From an uncultured Pseudobdellovibrionaceae bacterium (GTDB lineage: Bacteria; Bdellovibrionota; Bdellovibrionia; Bdellovibrionales; UBA1609), in the NCBI GenBank assembly GCA_963803705.1, contig CAWDNU010000004.1, positions 96,001 to 160,000 on the forward strand: a stretch of 64,000 nucleotides of DNA, in the 5' to 3' direction. Position 1 is the first letter of the stretch. Each line of letters starts with the position of its first letter. Made by a program: the position numbers and the translations under genes. The notes beneath the pieces are model-generated. The model ran no database searches, was not told where the DNA came from, and saw only the letters and a program-made list of their open reading frames with translations. This document shows positions 1-10,015 of the stretch, piece after piece.

Positions 1-2
1 AA

Positions 3-326
3 GCCTCGCCCGTCATTGTTGAAGATAATGTTTTTATAGGAAGCAGGTCGATCATTGTAGAGGGTGCGCTTATAGAAGATGGTGCTGTTATCGGTGCAGG
101 CGTCACCATTACAGGTAGTACGCGAATTATCGATGTCTCTGGACCTGAAGAGAAAGTCCACCGTGGTTTTGTGCCAAGAAACTCGATTGTAATACCTGGT
201 CAATCACCGAAAAAATTTGCTAGTGGAACTTATATGATACCAAGTGCTTTGATTATAGGAAAAAGAAACGCAAAAACGGATCTTAAAACATCACTAAATT
301 CCGCACTCAGAGACGTAGAAGCTTAG
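3..326 (+). CDS. dapD: Tetrahydrodipicolinate N-succinyltransferase, C-terminal part (5' truncated by window)
   Basis: Manual translation ASPVIVEDNVFIGSRSIIVEGALIEDGAVIGAGVTITGSTRIIDV...KTSLNSALRDVEA*: hexapeptide repeats and typical DapD C-terminus. Confidence 0.9.
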   Translation, partial: ASPVIVEDNVFIGSRSIIVEGALIEDGAVIGAGVTITGSTRIIDVSGPEEKVHRGFVPRNSIVIPGQSPKKFASGTYMIPSALIIGKRNAKTDLKTSLNSALRDVEA

Positions 327-332
327 AAGATA

Positions 333-1220
333 TCAGTAGGTATAACCACAAGTTTTTCGGGCAGCCTTTGCAATTTTCATCTGGCCAATCACACTTATTA
401 GACTTTGTCCTAAGGCTGAATCTACTTCTACTGTGTACTTGGTTTTATTGTCGATCTCTAACATAATGGGGTTAGTTGGATTGGCAGAAGCTAGGCCGCG
501 AGAACCAGAAAGATTTTCATTTTTGTAAACTTCATCAATACTAAACATGGCTGTTAGAAGTTTACTTGAAGGCGCATAGGTCATTCCTGTGTAATTGCAA
601 AACGCTTCGTCTTGATTCTTTACAATTTTAACGGGTTGCTCTTCCAAAGACATATTTACCTTCTCTTTAATTATATCTATTGTAAAAGTCTGGACAAATT
701 TTGAACCTAACTTAGTTTTGCGAAAGACTTCTGCTTTAACCTTTTTAAAACTCCATCTTTTTTGTCCATCACATTCAATAATTTTTACATCATGATTTCT
801 TTTAGTTTTTTCCATAAGCTCAAAAAAGTTTTTAGATTCGTTTTGAGTTAATGTATGGCTCTGACCTTTGTACTCAACTTTTAAATTTTTTGCAGCGCTT
901 TCAGAAGCTGTTTTTCTTTTGTCCCGAACTTTCGAAAAGGCAAAAAACCATTCTTTTTCAGAATTAGTGTCTAAGATAAAGCCTCTTTTACAAAAGGAAT
1001 TAGTGCTATTGGTGATTTCGACTTGTGTTTCGTTGCCAGCCTTAAAGTTCCATTTAAGAAAACTCTTCCCACTTTGATCAGCAACATCTAATCTTGCGTT
1101 AGATTGCAAGCGAACTTCTCTAAAATTTTTATTTTGAGATGCACAGTTTTGATATAAGATTGCAGCGATTAATAGACTACCGGCAGCTAACAGTTGTTTT
1201 GAATGTTTCATACTGATCAT
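333..1220 (-). CDS. Hypothetical lipoprotein
   Basis: 295-aa ORF; hydrophobic N-terminus ending in YQNC; true start may be MKHSKQ. Confidence 0.65.
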   Translation of the reverse strand: MISMKHSKQLLAAGSLLIAAILYQNCASQNKNFREVRLQSNARLDVADQSGKSFLKWNFKAGNETQVEITNSTNSFCKRGFILDTNSEKEWFFAFSKVRDKRKTASESAAKNLKVEYKGQSHTLTQNESKNFFELMEKTKRNHDVKIIECDGQKRWSFKKVKAEVFRKTKLGSKFVQTFTIDIIKEKVNMSLEEQPVKIVKNQDEAFCNYTGMTYAPSSKLLTAMFSIDEVYKNENLSGSRGLASANPTNPIMLEIDNKTKYTVEVDSALGQSLISVIGQMKIAKAARKTCGYTY

Positions 1221-1389
1221 TTCGACCTTTTAGTAAAAATCATTAACCCCCTAAACATTTTTTTAGTTCAAAACAGTCTCAATAGGAAACACAAATTACA
1301 TTATGGCGAATTTGTTTGGCCAAACTAGACCTAGGTTAGGAAATACAAAGAAGGAAAAATAAGACATTTAAAAACCAGGCTTAAAATCA

Positions 1390-2586
1390 TTACGCAGCGA
1401 CTGATTTTAAAGCGTCGCTTGGTTTTAGTCTTGAAATATTAAATAAAGGAACTATTAAACTTAAAACGCAAATTATGATACAGATGCATAAAACCAATAA
1501 AATTAATTGTAAATCCACTCGTGCAGGAAGGTAGGGATCTTGATAAACATCTGGCATGATCTTCAGTGGTGAGGCTTCTATATACTTTGCAATTAGAAAA
1601 CCCGGAACAAATCCAAGCAAGACTCCTATCGAGCTTAGCAAGAAACCTATAAGCCCAAAAATCATTCGAATCCGAACTTTCGACAAGCCCATTGTCATTA
1701 AGATCCCAATATCTTGCCTTTTTTGGTGAAGTAACAAAAGAAGCACTGTCATCATAGAAAAGCTTGTGATTAAGACGCTCATTATTAAAAAGAAACCCAA
1801 TGCCATGCGCTCTAATTTTAGCGCAAACAGAAGGCTTGAGTTTCTTTCCTGCCAAGTCTGTATATCCTCATAACCCATAGTAGATAAAAGATTTTTAACT
1901 CTCAGAGATTCTAAAGGATCGATCAATAAGATTTCATAACCTTTTTTTAGCCCACGACTGTCAGGTGTCACTACTGAATCTAAAGAATAAATGACCGTGT
2001 TAGCATTTTGAGACGAAGTCAATTGAGTAAAAAAAACCCCAGCTAACTGAAATGACGATATTTTCATTTCAGCACCCAATGGTTGTAGTAGTGCTGATGG
2101 CGCAATTACATCAATATAATCACCCTCTAAAGCTTTTAATGATTTAGCCAAATCAAAGTTAAAAATTAACTCGTTTTTTCTTAAAACCTGTCTTCCATCT
2201 AAGCGAATTAAATTGGATTTGATAACTTCTGTGATTCTTTCAGCTGAAAAGCCTCTGGCCTCTGCACCTTGAAAGCTTCCGTTAGCTGATCTTAAAATAA
2301 TATCTTGTGATTCAAATTTATATACATCTTTAAACTTTACTCTTTTTAAAGATAAAAAATCTTTAATCTCTTTAAGGCTTTTTTTATCAGTGTAAACGAC
2401 CAGATGAGGTTCGTAACTTAGTAGCCTGTCCCTTATATTATCATTAAACCCCGCCATGATGCTTAACACTAAAATTAATCCGAAAACACCAACTGCCATA
2501 GCGCTAATGCTTAACCAAGACATTACCTTTACAGTGCTTCCAGATTTCTTTGACAAGAAGTAGGCCCTAAATAGTCTTAGTGTCAT
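1390..2586 (-). CDS. Lipoprotein-releasing ABC transporter permease (LolC/LolE family)
   Basis: SISAMAVGVFGLILVLSIMAGF, TWQERNSSLLFALKLER, DIGILMTMGLS (FtsX-like permease), C-terminal KPSDALK. Confidence 0.9.
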   Translation of the reverse strand: MTLRLFRAYFLSKKSGSTVKVMSWLSISAMAVGVFGLILVLSIMAGFNDNIRDRLLSYEPHLVVYTDKKSLKEIKDFLSLKRVKFKDVYKFESQDIILRSANGSFQGAEARGFSAERITEVIKSNLIRLDGRQVLRKNELIFNFDLAKSLKALEGDYIDVIAPSALLQPLGAEMKISSFQLAGVFFTQLTSSQNANTVIYSLDSVVTPDSRGLKKGYEILLIDPLESLRVKNLLSTMGYEDIQTWQERNSSLLFALKLERMALGFFLIMSVLITSFSMMTVLLLLLHQKRQDIGILMTMGLSKVRIRMIFGLIGFLLSSIGVLLGFVPGFLIAKYIEASPLKIMPDVYQDPYLPARVDLQLILLVLCICIIICVLSLIVPLFNISRLKPSDALKSVAA

Positions 2587-2595
2587 TAAAATTTC

Positions 2596-3156
2596 CTAAA
2601 ACCAAAGGTTGTAAAAGACAGTTTTCAAAGCCTCATAAAAAATATCTTCAAAGCTTTGGTCAGAGTATACGCTATGAACTTCAAAAACCAGCTCGTTTGA
2701 GAATTTTTTAAACAGCCTTTTAGCCCGTGGCATGTGCAACTCCGAAGTTACCAGAATCACTTTCTGGCACCGCAAATTTTTAAGCAAAGGCAAGCTATGA
2801 ACAACATTGCCATATGTGGTGCGCGAGTTATTTTCAATAATTACATTGAATCTTTGAACACCAGGATAAATATCGATTTGAGGAAAAACATCGTCAATTG
2901 TCACTTTAGGGTTTACTCCGGAAATGATTAGTTTTCGCACATCCCCACGTTGCAGCAAATCAAAACCGGCACGTATGCGACCCGGTCCTCCGGTCAGAAC
3001 CAATGCACAATCGCCTTTCACTGATGTGGTCCAAGAAGTAACTGGTAATGACCTCAGTAAAAAAACTTCATAGAGTATCCAGCTAAGCAGCATTAAAGCC
3101 ATGAAGCAAATAAGTGTAAAAAATAATTTGGTTGATTTAATCCAACTCATTTGCAC
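2596..3156 (-). CDS. YdcF/DUF218 family protein
   Basis: N-terminal TM; VLTGG..RI, IISG, ENNSRTTYGN, LVTSELHMPRA motifs. Confidence 0.88.
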   Translation of the reverse strand: MQMSWIKSTKLFFTLICFMALMLLSWILYEVFLLRSLPVTSWTTSVKGDCALVLTGGPGRIRAGFDLLQRGDVRKLIISGVNPKVTIDDVFPQIDIYPGVQRFNVIIENNSRTTYGNVVHSLPLLKNLRCQKVILVTSELHMPRAKRLFKKFSNELVFEVHSVYSDQSFEDIFYEALKTVFYNLWF

Positions 3157-3188
3157 CTAAAGAAACTTGTTACTTTATAAATTTCAGA

Positions 3189-3572
3189 TTAAAGAAATGA
3201 AGCTAAAACTTCCACTTCGACATCGACACCTTTCGGAAGCTCTTTTACGGCAACGCAGGATCTTGCCGGGGGATTTTCTTTAAAATACTTTTCATACACG
3301 GAGTTCATTTTAGGAAAGTTGGCCATATCTGTGATGAAAATAGTAGATTTAATAATATTTCCATATCCAAGACCCGCCTCTTTTAACACTGCCCCAACAT
3401 TTTTCATTACAAGCTCGGTCTGTTGCTCAATACTTTGTTTTACGACTTCGTTGGTCTGGGGCTCAATCGGTATTTGGCCCGAACAATAAAGCATATCTCC
3501 AACTTTTATAGCTTGAGAGTAAGGTCCTACCGGATGAGGAGCATTCGTCGTATAAATAATTTTTTTCGTCAC
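3189..3572 (-). CDS. ridA: RidA (YjgF/YER057c/UK114) enamine/imine deaminase
   Basis: APHPVGPYSQA, SGQIP, PPARSCVAVKELPKGVDVEVE. Confidence 0.93.
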   Translation of the reverse strand: MTKKIIYTTNAPHPVGPYSQAIKVGDMLYCSGQIPIEPQTNEVVKQSIEQQTELVMKNVGAVLKEAGLGYGNIIKSTIFITDMANFPKMNSVYEKYFKENPPARSCVAVKELPKGVDVEVEVLASFL

Positions 3573-3776
3573 GTGGTTCTTCCTTCGTTGAAAATTTTTA
3601 TTTCGCTGCTTTGATTTTTTTAAAAAGCAGCTTTATCTAATTATTTTTGAAATACGTAGTTATTAGTATTGTTCAGTTAGCTTTAAAAGGCATTTGATTT
3701 TTAAGTTTGGCCCATTGGGACTTAGGCTTTCGAAAATAAAGCTTTATTTTAAATATTAGGCAACCAACAATAAATA

Positions 3777-4517
3777 TTATGTTTCTTTCTTAGAGAGCGC
3801 TACAAAGAATATTTCTTTTGATATTTGTCTGGTAGCTTTTGGTTTGATCACATTTACTTTTTTGAAAGCGCTTTTCAGCTTATTTTGGAAGTCTTTAAAA
3901 TCCTCGGAGTGAAATAATTTACAAATGAAAATTCCGTTTGTTTTTAAGTGCTTGTCTGCAACACTTAAAGCCATTTCGCAAAGTTCTAGTGATCGTGTTT
4001 GATCAGTTAATTTAATTCCTGTAGTTTTAGGCGCCATATCTGACATAACCACTTCAAAACTTTCCAGGGTGCGTAAGCCTGACTGATGCTCAACGGAGTT
4101 GAAGGTGCGTAAGCCTGATTGCTGCTCGACGGAGTTGAGGGTGCTTAAGCCTGATTGCTGCTCAACGGAGTTGAGTCTAGGTAGATCTGACTGACTTGAA
4201 CCAGATTTCAGATTCTTAGCTTCTTGAAGCAAGTCTAAAATATTGCAATTTAAAATATCTGCTTGGATAAAAACTGAATTGTTAAGCTTTAATTTAATTT
4301 CAGTTAAATCAAGGCCCAGTAAAAACCCTTTTGGACCTATCTTTTCAGATGCATACTGAGACCATGAACCCGGCGCTGCACCCAAGTCTAAAATATTCTG
4401 TCCTGATTTAAAAATTTTATACTTTTGGTCCATCTCTTTAAGTTTAAAAACTGATCGAGCCGCATAATTTTCGTCTTTAGCTTTTTTTGTATAGTAGTCT
4501 TTTGAATTGTAACCCAT
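3777..4517 (-). CDS. rlmE: 23S rRNA Um2552 2'-O-methyltransferase with internal tandem-repeat insertion
   Basis: ARSVFKLKE, LDLGAAPGSWSQ, VMSDMAP, KP.A.R..S.E motifs. Confidence 0.92.
   Translation of the reverse strand: MGYNSKDYYTKKAKDENYAARSVFKLKEMDQKYKIFKSGQNILDLGAAPGSWSQYASEKIGPKGFLLGLDLTEIKLKLNNSVFIQADILNCNILDLLQEAKNLKSGSSQSDLPRLNSVEQQSGLSTLNSVEQQSGLRTFNSVEHQSGLRTLESFEVVMSDMAPKTTGIKLTDQTRSLELCEMALSVADKHLKTNGIFICKLFHSEDFKDFQNKLKSAFKKVNVIKPKATRQISKEIFFVALSKKET
4066..4173. repeat. 3 x 36-bp in-frame tandem repeat inside rlmE
   Basis: Units at 4066, 4102, 4138 (agggtgcgtaagcctgattgctgctcaacggagttg-like) encoding (L/F)NSVE(Q/H)QSGL(S/R)T. Confidence 0.95.
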
Positions 4518-4543
4518 AATGCAGTGTTAACAGTTTTAACTCT

Positions 4544-5320
4544 TTGAGGCCACGAATGACTTTAATTTTAAGTTCGATTGTTCTTAAATTTGTACTTTTT
4601 TTGTTTTGTTACGCCCTAATTCTTTACCGAAAGAAAATGGTCCTTGTGGATATATTTTGGGGCCTAAGCTTTTTGCCCGAATTTTTTATAGCCTTCATAT
4701 TTAAAGGTTTTACTCACGGAAACATAATTTTGTTTTTGATGGTGCTTCTGTGGTCTATAAGACTAAGCTTTCACCTTGGTGTAAGAGCTAGTCAAAAAAA
4801 GGAAGACATTAGGTACTTAAAATTTGCAAAAAATTGGCCTTCAGATAAATTTAATTCAAAAGTCTTTACCAAGATTATTTTAACTCAGTTCGCAGTTTCA
4901 GTTCTAATGTCGACTTGCTTTTACGTTTACTTATTTGCCCCTTCTTTTGGCTGGTCTGCACCGTTTTGGAATGTTCCGCTTCTGATTCTATTTTTAATAG
5001 GCTTTACAATAGAGGTTTTAGCTGATGAATCCCTACGTAGGTTCAAAAACAAGCCTGAAAATAAGGACTTCACCTACACAGGCAGTGTCTGGAAAGTTTT
5101 AAGATACCCTAATTATTTAGGCGAGATTATGATATGGATAAGCTTTGGACTTCTGGCCTTACCATTTACCTATGGGTGGCTGGCGTTAGTGTCGCCGATT
5201 ACTATCACATATTTTTTAACCTATGTGACTGGAATACCTTATCTTGAAACTAGACGATCAAAAAGAATTCCGAAACCAAATTTAAGACCAAAAAAGTATT
5301 ACATTCCATTCGTCTTTTAG
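4544..5320 (+). CDS. DUF1295 family (steroid 5-alpha-reductase-like) membrane protein
   Basis: VDIFWG, WSIRLSFHL, EDIRY, LRYPNYLGEIMIW, GIPYLE; start uncertain. Confidence 0.85.
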   Translation: MRPRMTLILSSIVLKFVLFLFCYALILYRKKMVLVDIFWGLSFLPEFFIAFIFKGFTHGNIILFLMVLLWSIRLSFHLGVRASQKKEDIRYLKFAKNWPSDKFNSKVFTKIILTQFAVSVLMSTCFYVYLFAPSFGWSAPFWNVPLLILFLIGFTIEVLADESLRRFKNKPENKDFTYTGSVWKVLRYPNYLGEIMIWISFGLLALPFTYGWLALVSPITITYFLTYVTGIPYLETRRSKRIPKPNLRPKKYYIPFVF

Positions 5321-5458
5321 CTATTAACACAGTATTTAGAACGCTCAATTTTTAAGAGGCATAAAATTGCTTTTCTTTGATTAAACAATCGGCCATAACC
5401 GGGTAGCATTTTTATAATAAATAAATTTTATTAAATTATCTTAGTAAGAAAATCAAAT

Positions 5459-6043
5459 CTAAAGCTGCTCATCCAGCTGAACTACTGCGGTTTCACCGGT
5501 GATCGTGCATTCGCCTATACCAGGGAATTCTGTTGGAATTCCGCCAGCGCCACCGTTCCATTCCAATTCTTTATTCATCTGTGTTTGAAAAGTTGCAACG
5601 GGCACACCCACAGGCCCCTCATCATCGCAGTTGCTAAAAAGCTCTGCATTTACTGAAAATACATCAGACACATTTAAATCGCCATCTTTAGTAAAAAAAG
5701 CTTCTCCTTGAGAATCCAAAACTTTAATCATAGAAATGGAATTTGCGGGTCCCGATCCTTGCACCATTTTTCTTTCACCACTGGGAAAGCTAAAAGCGTT
5801 GTCACAGTCTGAAATAGTATAATCGGTCTCGCCAGTAAACATTGTGTCTGTGAAATTAGTTTCATTTCTGTAAGTGACCACAACTTTCAAGTTAGAATAA
5901 CTGCTTGGGTCAGATGTCATAAGCGAGGCAACAATTGTATTACTTGAAGTCAGTGACTCGCATAGCGAGGCCAAAATCTCTTCAAGGCAACCAGTTAATA
6001 GTAGACTTGAAATAAGTATCATCGAAACAAAAAATTTTTTCAT
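5459..6043 (-). CDS. Hypothetical lipoprotein
   Basis: MKKFF...LLLTGC lipobox. Confidence 0.7.
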   Translation of the reverse strand: MKKFFVSMILISSLLLTGCLEEILASLCESLTSSNTIVASLMTSDPSSYSNLKVVVTYRNETNFTDTMFTGETDYTISDCDNAFSFPSGERKMVQGSGPANSISMIKVLDSQGEAFFTKDGDLNVSDVFSVNAELFSNCDDEGPVGVPVATFQTQMNKELEWNGGAGGIPTEFPGIGECTITGETAVVQLDEQL

Positions 6044-6348
6044 AAGACGCCCCAGACAAAGTTTATAAGAACTTGTCGGTCATTGCACACGAGACTGAAT
6101 AAAATTTGATAAATAAAAAATAATTGATATCATTTATATACATTAGATAACTGGTCTTGTTTTAAATACCTGTAGAGCCAAATGATTGTTACACATGTGT
6201 AGAAAATGTTAGTAAAATTTTGAAAGTATCCCCAATTGATACACCACCGAAAATGCTTATCATGGCAACGTTGATTCGAATGATAAATAAATGTTGATCT
6301 AAATATTATCTAGATTTTTTTTGACTATTTTCCTCATTAATTTCAGTA

Positions 6349-6942
6349 TCAAAATTTAAGCTTTAAACCTACAAGAAGCTTCACTTGAGTGGTGTTAAAA
6401 TCCCCGACTTCAACGTCGTTTGAATCCGTCAAAGAAAACTCGGTTGGTTTAAACACTCTTAGCTCTCCTACCAAGTACAAGAAGTCACTGTACTTAATAT
6501 CTGTTCCCGCTGACACTTGCCAAGTAAAGCTGTCGCCTTCAAATTCATTTTTTTCTATTGTTAGCTCTGTAAAGCCGACTCCAAAGCCTAAGAATGGTTC
6601 AAGAAAAAATAACTTAGGTGCGTGGAAATAATAATTTATCAAGGCTGAAACTTGGGTTTGTGTATCTGATCCAATAGCGGTGACGGACGGTGGCAGCTCT
6701 TCAATATCTGCAGTTTCGTAGTTAATTTCAAGAGCAAGCGAGCTCATGGCTCCAACTTTTATTCCTAGTCCAAGGGTGATTGGGTATGGGGCCGCTATTT
6801 TGGTGTCAACGTCTGAGCCGTCAAAAGTCCCATCTGTTGTAACAGACATGCCAAGCTGTACTTTTAAGTAAATCAAAGAGCCTAAAGCCTGTGAACTGTA
6901 AAAGAGGAAGCATCCAAAAAATAAATTTCTAAATAACACCAT
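6349..6942 (-). CDS. Small (about 8-stranded) outer-membrane beta-barrel protein
   Basis: Signal peptide, INYYF, PFLGFGVG, FTWQVSAG, C-terminal VGLKLKF beta-signal. Confidence 0.8.
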   Translation of the reverse strand: MVLFRNLFFGCFLFYSSQALGSLIYLKVQLGMSVTTDGTFDGSDVDTKIAAPYPITLGLGIKVGAMSSLALEINYETADIEELPPSVTAIGSDTQTQVSALINYYFHAPKLFFLEPFLGFGVGFTELTIEKNEFEGDSFTWQVSAGTDIKYSDFLYLVGELRVFKPTEFSLTDSNDVEVGDFNTTQVKLLVGLKLKF

Positions 6943-7097
6943 ACGTGATTCTCCCTGCCAAATTATAAGCGGCTCTTCAGTTGTGTGGCTATTGCCCGGT
7001 GAATTGACTAGACTTTTGACTCAAAACTAGACAACAGAGTTCGCAAATCCTTTCACAATAGCCGATTTAATGAAAAACTGTATTTAGGAGTAAATTT

Positions 7098-7967
7098 ATG
7101 AAACGCTGGTTCCTAGTACTATCTTTAGCATTTAACAGTAGTTTTTGTAGCCCTAAACGGGAATCAATAAATAATAGCATGACAGATAAGCCTGAAAACC
7201 AGAATTTAGCGTCCAAAAGGAAGCTTGCAAGTGTAAGTAACGATTCAAAGTATAAGCCACTACCTTCAAGCTTAGTTAAATTTTTGAATGGTAAAACACA
7301 AAATGTGAAATTAAAAAATACTTTAAAACAGTATTCAAACACCTTACCCGAAAACATTTTCAAAAAATTAATCAGTTTATCTGGTGAGGTTGATGATCTT
7401 GGCGTTACTATAAAAAGAGATAACAGCGTATTAACGCTTAGTAATTCCAAAGCCGAATTAAAGATCTTATTTACCGGAAGCGTAGCTCAGCTAATTTCTA
7501 ATATCGAGGGCATGACGTACGACTTTTCAAGCAACTCAGTAACACTTCTATATTTAAATGAATTAGAAAAAAATTTAAATAAAGACCTTGGCGCATTAGA
7601 TGTTAATAAAAAAATGGCTGCACCATCAAAATTATTCTTACAGTGTCTAACATTACCATTTTTAGCCATGGACAGTAAGGCTTTACCTATGGGTTGGTTT
7701 GTGGCTGGCGGCCTGGCACTTTTAGCGGTAGCCATCATGGTTTCAGTAAGTAAATTGGGTAAAGACTTAAAGAAAACAGAACATACCGTGAATCACAAAG
7801 TGGGTTTAAGTGATTCTTCAGAAAACGCTATCAATAGCTTAACTAAGGCCGTCAAAGAGGTTGATCCCCAATTACTGTCTAACAACAATATTAATGTATA
7901 CCCAGATATAAATATCGACGGTAAAAATTTAAATCTAAAAGAAGATCTTGGCCTTGGTGTTGAGTAA
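7098..7967 (+). CDS. Hypothetical secreted protein with internal hydrophobic segment
   Basis: RBS aggag, N-terminal signal, TM-like GWFVAGGLALLAVAIMVSV. Confidence 0.65.
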   Translation: MKRWFLVLSLAFNSSFCSPKRESINNSMTDKPENQNLASKRKLASVSNDSKYKPLPSSLVKFLNGKTQNVKLKNTLKQYSNTLPENIFKKLISLSGEVDDLGVTIKRDNSVLTLSNSKAELKILFTGSVAQLISNIEGMTYDFSSNSVTLLYLNELEKNLNKDLGALDVNKKMAAPSKLFLQCLTLPFLAMDSKALPMGWFVAGGLALLAVAIMVSVSKLGKDLKKTEHTVNHKVGLSDSSENAINSLTKAVKEVDPQLLSNNNINVYPDINIDGKNLNLKEDLGLGVE

Positions 7968-8035
7968 TTCTAAGTCAGTGTATTAGCATCTTTGATCAAA
8001 GCTTTTGATTGTTTTGTGGGATCACAATTTTTTTA

Positions 8036-9535
8036 CTACTTAGAAACTTTTTTAATAAAGATTTCGGCCTTTTCAAAAATATTATCTTTTCTTTTTGAAT
8101 CTATCTTATTTAAAATTTTTACCATCATACCCATCCGAGGGTTGGACTCGTAAAACTTTATGTGTTTGTTTATAAAGCGCCAATAAAGACCGTCTACTGT
8201 CTCGCACCAGTCACCTTTAGAAAAAGAGCCCATTTTCAAATAATAATTACTTCCGCATATATACGGCTTGGTTGCAAAAAGACCGCCATCGCTAAATTGG
8301 CCCATACCGTAAACATTTGGCTCCATAACCCAATCAGAACTATCAACAAACATTTCCATAAACCAACGATAAACTTCTTTTGGATCAATCTCTGTTAGTA
8401 ACATCATATTGCTGACAACCATCAAGCGTTCTATGTGGTGATTATAACCCCAGGCATCTGCTTTTTTTATAGCAAAATCCAGAACAGGTATGCCAGTGTC
8501 ACCCGTGTACCAGCAAGACTTAAGCTTTCTTCGATGGTTCCAAAAATTTGTGCCTGACTGCTTGTCGTGAAAATTTTGGTAAATGCCGCGCATAAACTCA
8601 CGCCACCCAATCATTTGTCTTATAAAACCTTCTACTGAATTTAAGGGTACTTCGACTCCTTTTTTATAGTAAGCCTTAAGCACCCTACCACACACATCAC
8701 CGGGGGTTATCAGTCCCGCGTTCACCATAGGTGAAATTACCGAATGGAAAACAAAATCACTTCTATCAGTTATAGCATCTTGGTAGTTTCCGAAGTCCTT
8801 TAGCTTTTCATCGATGAAAGCATTTAGCCAGCTTAAGGATTCGCTACGTGTGACGGGTATCCAAAAGTTTTTAGACTCGCCTGGATTGTCAGGAAATATG
8901 GCCTCTACCTCGGCCATGACTCTTTGAGTGATTTCATCTGGCTTACTGGCGTTCATCGGAGGAATCTTTAAGCCTTTAGGTAATTTTTTTCTGTTTTCAG
9001 AGTCATAGCTCCAAGAACCACCTTCTGGCTTACCTTTTGAATCGATTAATATTTTAAGCCTTTTTCTTTCTTTCTCGTAGAAGGTTTTCATAAAAGGTTT
9101 TTTTACACTCTTTAAGTAATCAGAAAAATCAGTCCTAGAACATAAAAACATTGGCGATGTAAGCTCTTCGCTCTTAATTTTTTTTTCTTTAATATAAGCT
9201 TTAATTCTTGATTCAAAGAATTTATCTTCTATTTCAAAGTAAAGAAATTCTTTTGAATTTTTGTTCGCGCTTAAGTACTTAGTAAGTTTTTCTTCATATG
9301 ATAGTTTAAAATCTAAATCAGAAGACTGTACATAGTGGACGTCGTAACCGCTTTCTATAAGCTCATCCCTATAGTGTCGCATGGCTGATAAAAAGAATAT
9401 AATTTTGTGTTTGTGATACTTAAAATGCTCGCACAGCCCTAGATCTTCAAACATAATTATCTTGTCGAAAGATAACCTTTTTAAATAACTTTGTGGGAAA
9501 AGCTGATTACCAAGAATCAATAGCGCTTTACTCAT
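8036..9535 (-). CDS. Bacterial (6-4) photolyase/cryptochrome (PhrB/CryB clade), apparently without Fe-S cluster
   Basis: LILGNQLF, YHKHKI, WSYDSENRKKLP, FGNYQDA, EGFIRQMIGWREF, YNHHIERLM, ATKPY. Confidence 0.9.
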   Translation of the reverse strand: MSKALLILGNQLFPQSYLKRLSFDKIIMFEDLGLCEHFKYHKHKIIFFLSAMRHYRDELIESGYDVHYVQSSDLDFKLSYEEKLTKYLSANKNSKEFLYFEIEDKFFESRIKAYIKEKKIKSEELTSPMFLCSRTDFSDYLKSVKKPFMKTFYEKERKRLKILIDSKGKPEGGSWSYDSENRKKLPKGLKIPPMNASKPDEITQRVMAEVEAIFPDNPGESKNFWIPVTRSESLSWLNAFIDEKLKDFGNYQDAITDRSDFVFHSVISPMVNAGLITPGDVCGRVLKAYYKKGVEVPLNSVEGFIRQMIGWREFMRGIYQNFHDKQSGTNFWNHRRKLKSCWYTGDTGIPVLDFAIKKADAWGYNHHIERLMVVSNMMLLTEIDPKEVYRWFMEMFVDSSDWVMEPNVYGMGQFSDGGLFATKPYICGSNYYLKMGSFSKGDWCETVDGLYWRFINKHIKFYESNPRMGMMVKILNKIDSKRKDNIFEKAEIFIKKVSK

Positions 9536-9972
9536 AAATAAACCTGTAAGTAGTAAAAAAGAGCTATAGATCTTACAGACCAGATCAAGGTTCTAATCCA
9601 ATTGGTATCCACTAAATGTTTTGCTGCTTTTGAGTCATAGGTGTCCATCAATTTATTATGTGCAGGAACACTAAGAAAAAAAGTTGAAAGCCAAATTAAA
9701 ATAACACCAAACAAATTAATCGACCAAAGATTTAAGCCAGGATTATTAAGAACTAAAATCACTGCAGTAAATGCTTCAAATATCATAAAAGGCGCTACCA
9801 CTGGTGTAATCCACTTCATATGGTAGGCTTGATAGTCTTTAAATTTTTTTAAATCAATAAAGTGGTAGGCAGGATAATGAACCAATTGGATGGTCCAGAT
9901 TAAACCAGTTAAGTAGAAGCAGCAAAAGATTTGTGACCTTAAAATAAATCCTATTTCAAACATAAAATTCAA
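9532..9972 (-). CDS. Conserved hypothetical 4-TM membrane protein
   Basis: GLIWTIQLVHYP, SVPAHNKL, NWIRTLIW; overlaps photolyase start by 4 nt. Confidence 0.7.
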   Translation of the reverse strand: MNFMFEIGFILRSQIFCCFYLTGLIWTIQLVHYPAYHFIDLKKFKDYQAYHMKWITPVVAPFMIFEAFTAVILVLNNPGLNLWSINLFGVILIWLSTFFLSVPAHNKLMDTYDSKAAKHLVDTNWIRTLIWSVRSIALFYYLQVYL

Positions 9973-10015
9973 TGTAAACCGAATATAGTAAAATTACTAT
10001 TTTGAAAACCCAAAC

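Noticed and set aside
4066..4173. 36-bp repeats as a CRISPR array
   Set aside because: Units are contiguous with no spacers, in-frame within rlmE, and no cas genes are present.
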